A stretch of 34,542 nucleotides of DNA, taken from positions 29,752,001 to 29,786,542 of the forward strand of contig NC_069000.1 of NCBI RefSeq assembly GCF_001194135.2, read 5' to 3'. Of the stretch, positions 31,661 through 34,542 are shown one piece after another. Origin of the DNA: Octopus bimaculoides (Eukaryota). How positions within the stretch are numbered: position 1 is the stretch's first letter; every line of letters starts with the position of its first letter. The notes beneath the pieces are model-generated. The model saw only the letters and a program-made list of their open reading frames with translations, did not search any database and had not been told where the DNA came from. The translations under genes were made by a program, and so were the position numbers.

Positions 31661-32850
31661 GGATCTAATTTAGTGCCCAGTCACCAAAACGAAAAATGGT
31701 CTACTAGGCGTAAAAAAATGTGTAGAAAACGAATTTGAAAACAAAAATTTGCGCAAACATACATGTACATACCTTTGTTTTGGTAATTATTTGGCAAAGC
31801 TTTGGAATAATCTCTCTGCAATTATTATTTTGTTTCCTTTCTTGGTATTTCTGTTTTCAACAAAGAAGATTATGATTAAACAAAAATAAAAAATTTTTCA
31901 AAATTTCAGTTTCTTTGTTTTCAGTTTTTATTGCTCTCTTCTGTTTTGGATCACATAATCAGCGATATTTCTGTTTGAGCTTTATTCTTCAGAAAGAGAT
32001 TACAATTCTAAAATAAAGTTCACAAATTCAGTTTTTCGGAAAATGTGTGTGTACATGTGTGAAGGGTACATCAATTGAGCAGCCAGGAGAGCCAAGGAAA
32101 GTCACATTAATATCTGATGAGACCCTTCTTTAAGAAAAAAAAAAAAATGACCTTGCAAACCCCTTGAATTTCGAGAGGAGATGCTTCTTATCAAATAAAC
32201 CTATGATTCTGGGTGTCCAAAATTTCTCTTGGAGGCTCTGTGTGTACTTCCAAAATTCATGTTTTTTTAATACTAGGGTGTGATTTGAAGTTTCTTTGGC
32301 TGCAAATTCTTCTCGGTCAAGTATAGAAGTTCATTCAGATGATGGATTTATTTTATTATTATTGTTTATTTCAGTGGTCATAAATACAAGAGGTCTCACT
32401 TTTTACTATTTCATTAACTTTCAGTCACTGTATCTCGGAACTAACATTGTCCAATGTGTCCTTTTTAACTTTGTTGCTTAACACAGGATAAACTCTGAGG
32501 CTTATTTTTTTTATCTAAGTCTTTTAGCTATGACCATCCCATCTTTTTCCTACATGCTGAGAAGCTAGGATGATAGAGTGTGTTTTGAAGGAGATTTGGC
32601 TACTATTTCTGTCTGATAATGGTAATCACATTTGCTTTACAATTGTATTGTTGTGTAATGCCAGGTCAGACCTATGATCAAAGACTGACCAGTCATGGCC
32701 ATCCTGTCTTTTTGAATATCTAAGTTGAGTGATCACTTGTATCTAGTACTATACAACAGTTACATCATAGAAAATCCATTTTAGCCATTGAAGAACTCAT
32801 AAAAACTGTTATATTTACTTTTCATTATTTCTTGAATATCAAAATTTTCA

Positions 32851-33265
32851 GTGCTCCTTTGGCATGTGATCTACAAGGGAGATTACTATAGTTTACTTTT
32901 TAGCTTACTTTTCAAATTCTAAAAACCTTACAGGTGTTGGTTAAAGATTTTTACAATGTGATCAGTAACAAGATGAAGGCAGTTGCATTTTTACAAGAAA
33001 CCAGCTCTAAATTCATATCATTTCTTAAGAAAAAGAAACATACCACTTTGTCTGTGATCTGCAGTTTAAAAGGAGACTACTTTAGTTTACTTTGTGTTAG
33101 TGTTACTTTCTTTGTGATCTACATGCTTATTTTAATTATTATATGGTTTTCTTATTAAAATAGTAAGAATTTTGAAAAATACATTTACAATGCTAACTAT
33201 GTACAAAATAATTTAAAAAGTAACCTAAAGTAATCTCCCTTGTAGATCACACGCCAAAGGAGCAC
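32851..33265. mobile_element. MITE with 50-bp TIRs
   Basis: 32851-32900 and 33216-33265 are inverted with 3 mismatches. GTGATCT sub-repeats lie inside. Confidence 0.8.
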
Positions 33266-33624
33266 CAAATTTTCATTACCCCACCGTTGATATAGCCATA
33301 GATAGAGTTCAACAGTAGCTGTTGAATTCTTTGCTGGTGAGATTTTGTAGGTCTTGGAATTTTTGCTTCTCTTTCTTTCCTTTCTTGCTTTTGGATCAGT
33401 TAATCACTTTTAGTGTAAGTTCTTCAGTTTGTAAATTGGTACATATCTTTATTACTATTGCACTTGTTCATTGTTTTTTTTCACATTTCTTTTGTCATGA
33501 TGGTTCATTTTGAATGTATGGAGAAATATTTTAAGGTACAAGTACTAGAAGTTAGATTTTTGCTTAGTTGTTGAAAATTTAATTATATATTCTAAAAAAA
33601 AAAAATGTGAGAATGATAATTTTG

Positions 33625-34020
33625 AAATGTGGCTGTGTGGTAAGTAGCTTGCTTACCAACCACATGGTCCCAAGTTCAATCCTACTGGGCAAGTGTCTTC
33701 CATTAAAGCCTCTGGCTGACCAAAGCCTTGTGAGTGGATTTGGTAGACTCAAACTGAAAGAAGCTCGTTGTGTGTGTGTGTGTGCGTGTGTATTTTTGTG
33801 TGGCTGTGTATGTTTGTGTGGCTGTGTTTGTCCCCCTACTATCACTTAACAACCGATGCTGGTGTGTTTACATCCCCGTAACTTAGCGGTTTGGCAAAAA
33901 AGCTCGATAGAATAAATACTAGGCTTACAAAGAATAAGTCCTGAGGTTGATTTGTTCAACTAAAGGTGGTGCTCCAGTATGGTTGCAGTGAAATGACTGA
34001 AACAAATAAAAATTAAAAGA
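33625..34020 (+). mobile_element. Near full-length SINE family A
   Basis: TGGCTGTGTGGTAAGTAGCTTGCTTACCAACCAC head, (TG)n and tail. Confidence 0.9.
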
Positions 34021-34292
34021 AGAGTAAAAAAAAAGAATGAATTTACATATATATATATATATACATGTTTGCATACACACATGTAAGTGGGTATAAAAAT
34101 TAATGTAAATGAGGAGGGAATTTATACTTCTTGAGTATGTTGTATTGGTGTTGCTCCATTTAGAGTGTCTTAGCTTTGAGAGGTATGATATTCACACTGA
34201 GTCTATGTATTGAACTATTGTTTTATCAATGTTTGTGGCTGTATGCATTTGCCTCCTTCCTCTATTTTATTTCAACATGATTAAAATGAACT

Positions 34293-34542
34293 CATCATCA
34301 TCATCATCATCGTTTAACGTCCGCTTTCCATGCTAGCATGGGTGGACGACTTGACTGAGGACTGGTGAAACCAGATGGCAACACCAGGCTCCAATCTAAA
34401 TTTGGCAGAGTTTCTACAGCTGGATGCCCTTCCTAACGCCAACCACTCAGAGTGTAGTAGGTGCTTTTACGTGTCACCTGCACGAAGGCCAGTCAGGCGA
34501 TACTGGCAACGGCCACGCTTGAAATGGTGTCTTTTATGTGCC
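34293..34542 (-). mobile_element. RTE-type 3' end (family B), cut by the window edge
   Basis: (CAT)n CGTTTAACGTCCGCTTTCCATGCTAGCATGGG...CAGCTGGATGCCCTTCCTAACGCC. Confidence 0.85.

Noticed and set aside
33304-33330. Small hairpin AGAGTTCAACAG-TAG-CTGTTGAATTCT
   Set aside because: Too short and isolated to distinguish from chance, with no associated feature.
12313-34542. All RTE-type copies lie on the minus strand
   Set aside because: Only four independent copies, so the same orientation is unremarkable by chance (1 in 8).

Overview
This is AT-rich eukaryotic genomic DNA from a fragmented assembly, with seven N-gaps. The repeat repertoire (tRNA/CORE-type SINEs with internal microsatellites, RTE 3' ends ending in (GAT)n, dense (TA)n/(CA)n) points to an octopus genome; that is inferred from pattern recognition, not a database hit. 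Most of the window is nested, decayed transposable elements: two mariner derivatives, a DD34E Tc1 pseudogene, a pogo/Tigger fragment, four hairpin MITEs, a 5'-truncated CRE-clade retrotransposon split by a solo LTR, a second solo LTR, a Penelope-like GIY-YIG remnant and many SINE/RTE copies. The best host-gene signal is a signal-peptide first coding exon at 27857-27958 resembling TMEM145. It may share a head-to-head promoter with an unidentified minus-strand gene (candidate exons at 22576-22611 and 20663-20792). No rRNA, true tRNA, CRISPR array or intact transposase/RT ORF is supported. I cannot support a wholly new biological system here. The most interesting signals are the TE architectures and the hidden host exons. 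Repeat boundaries are approximate unless a TSD is given.
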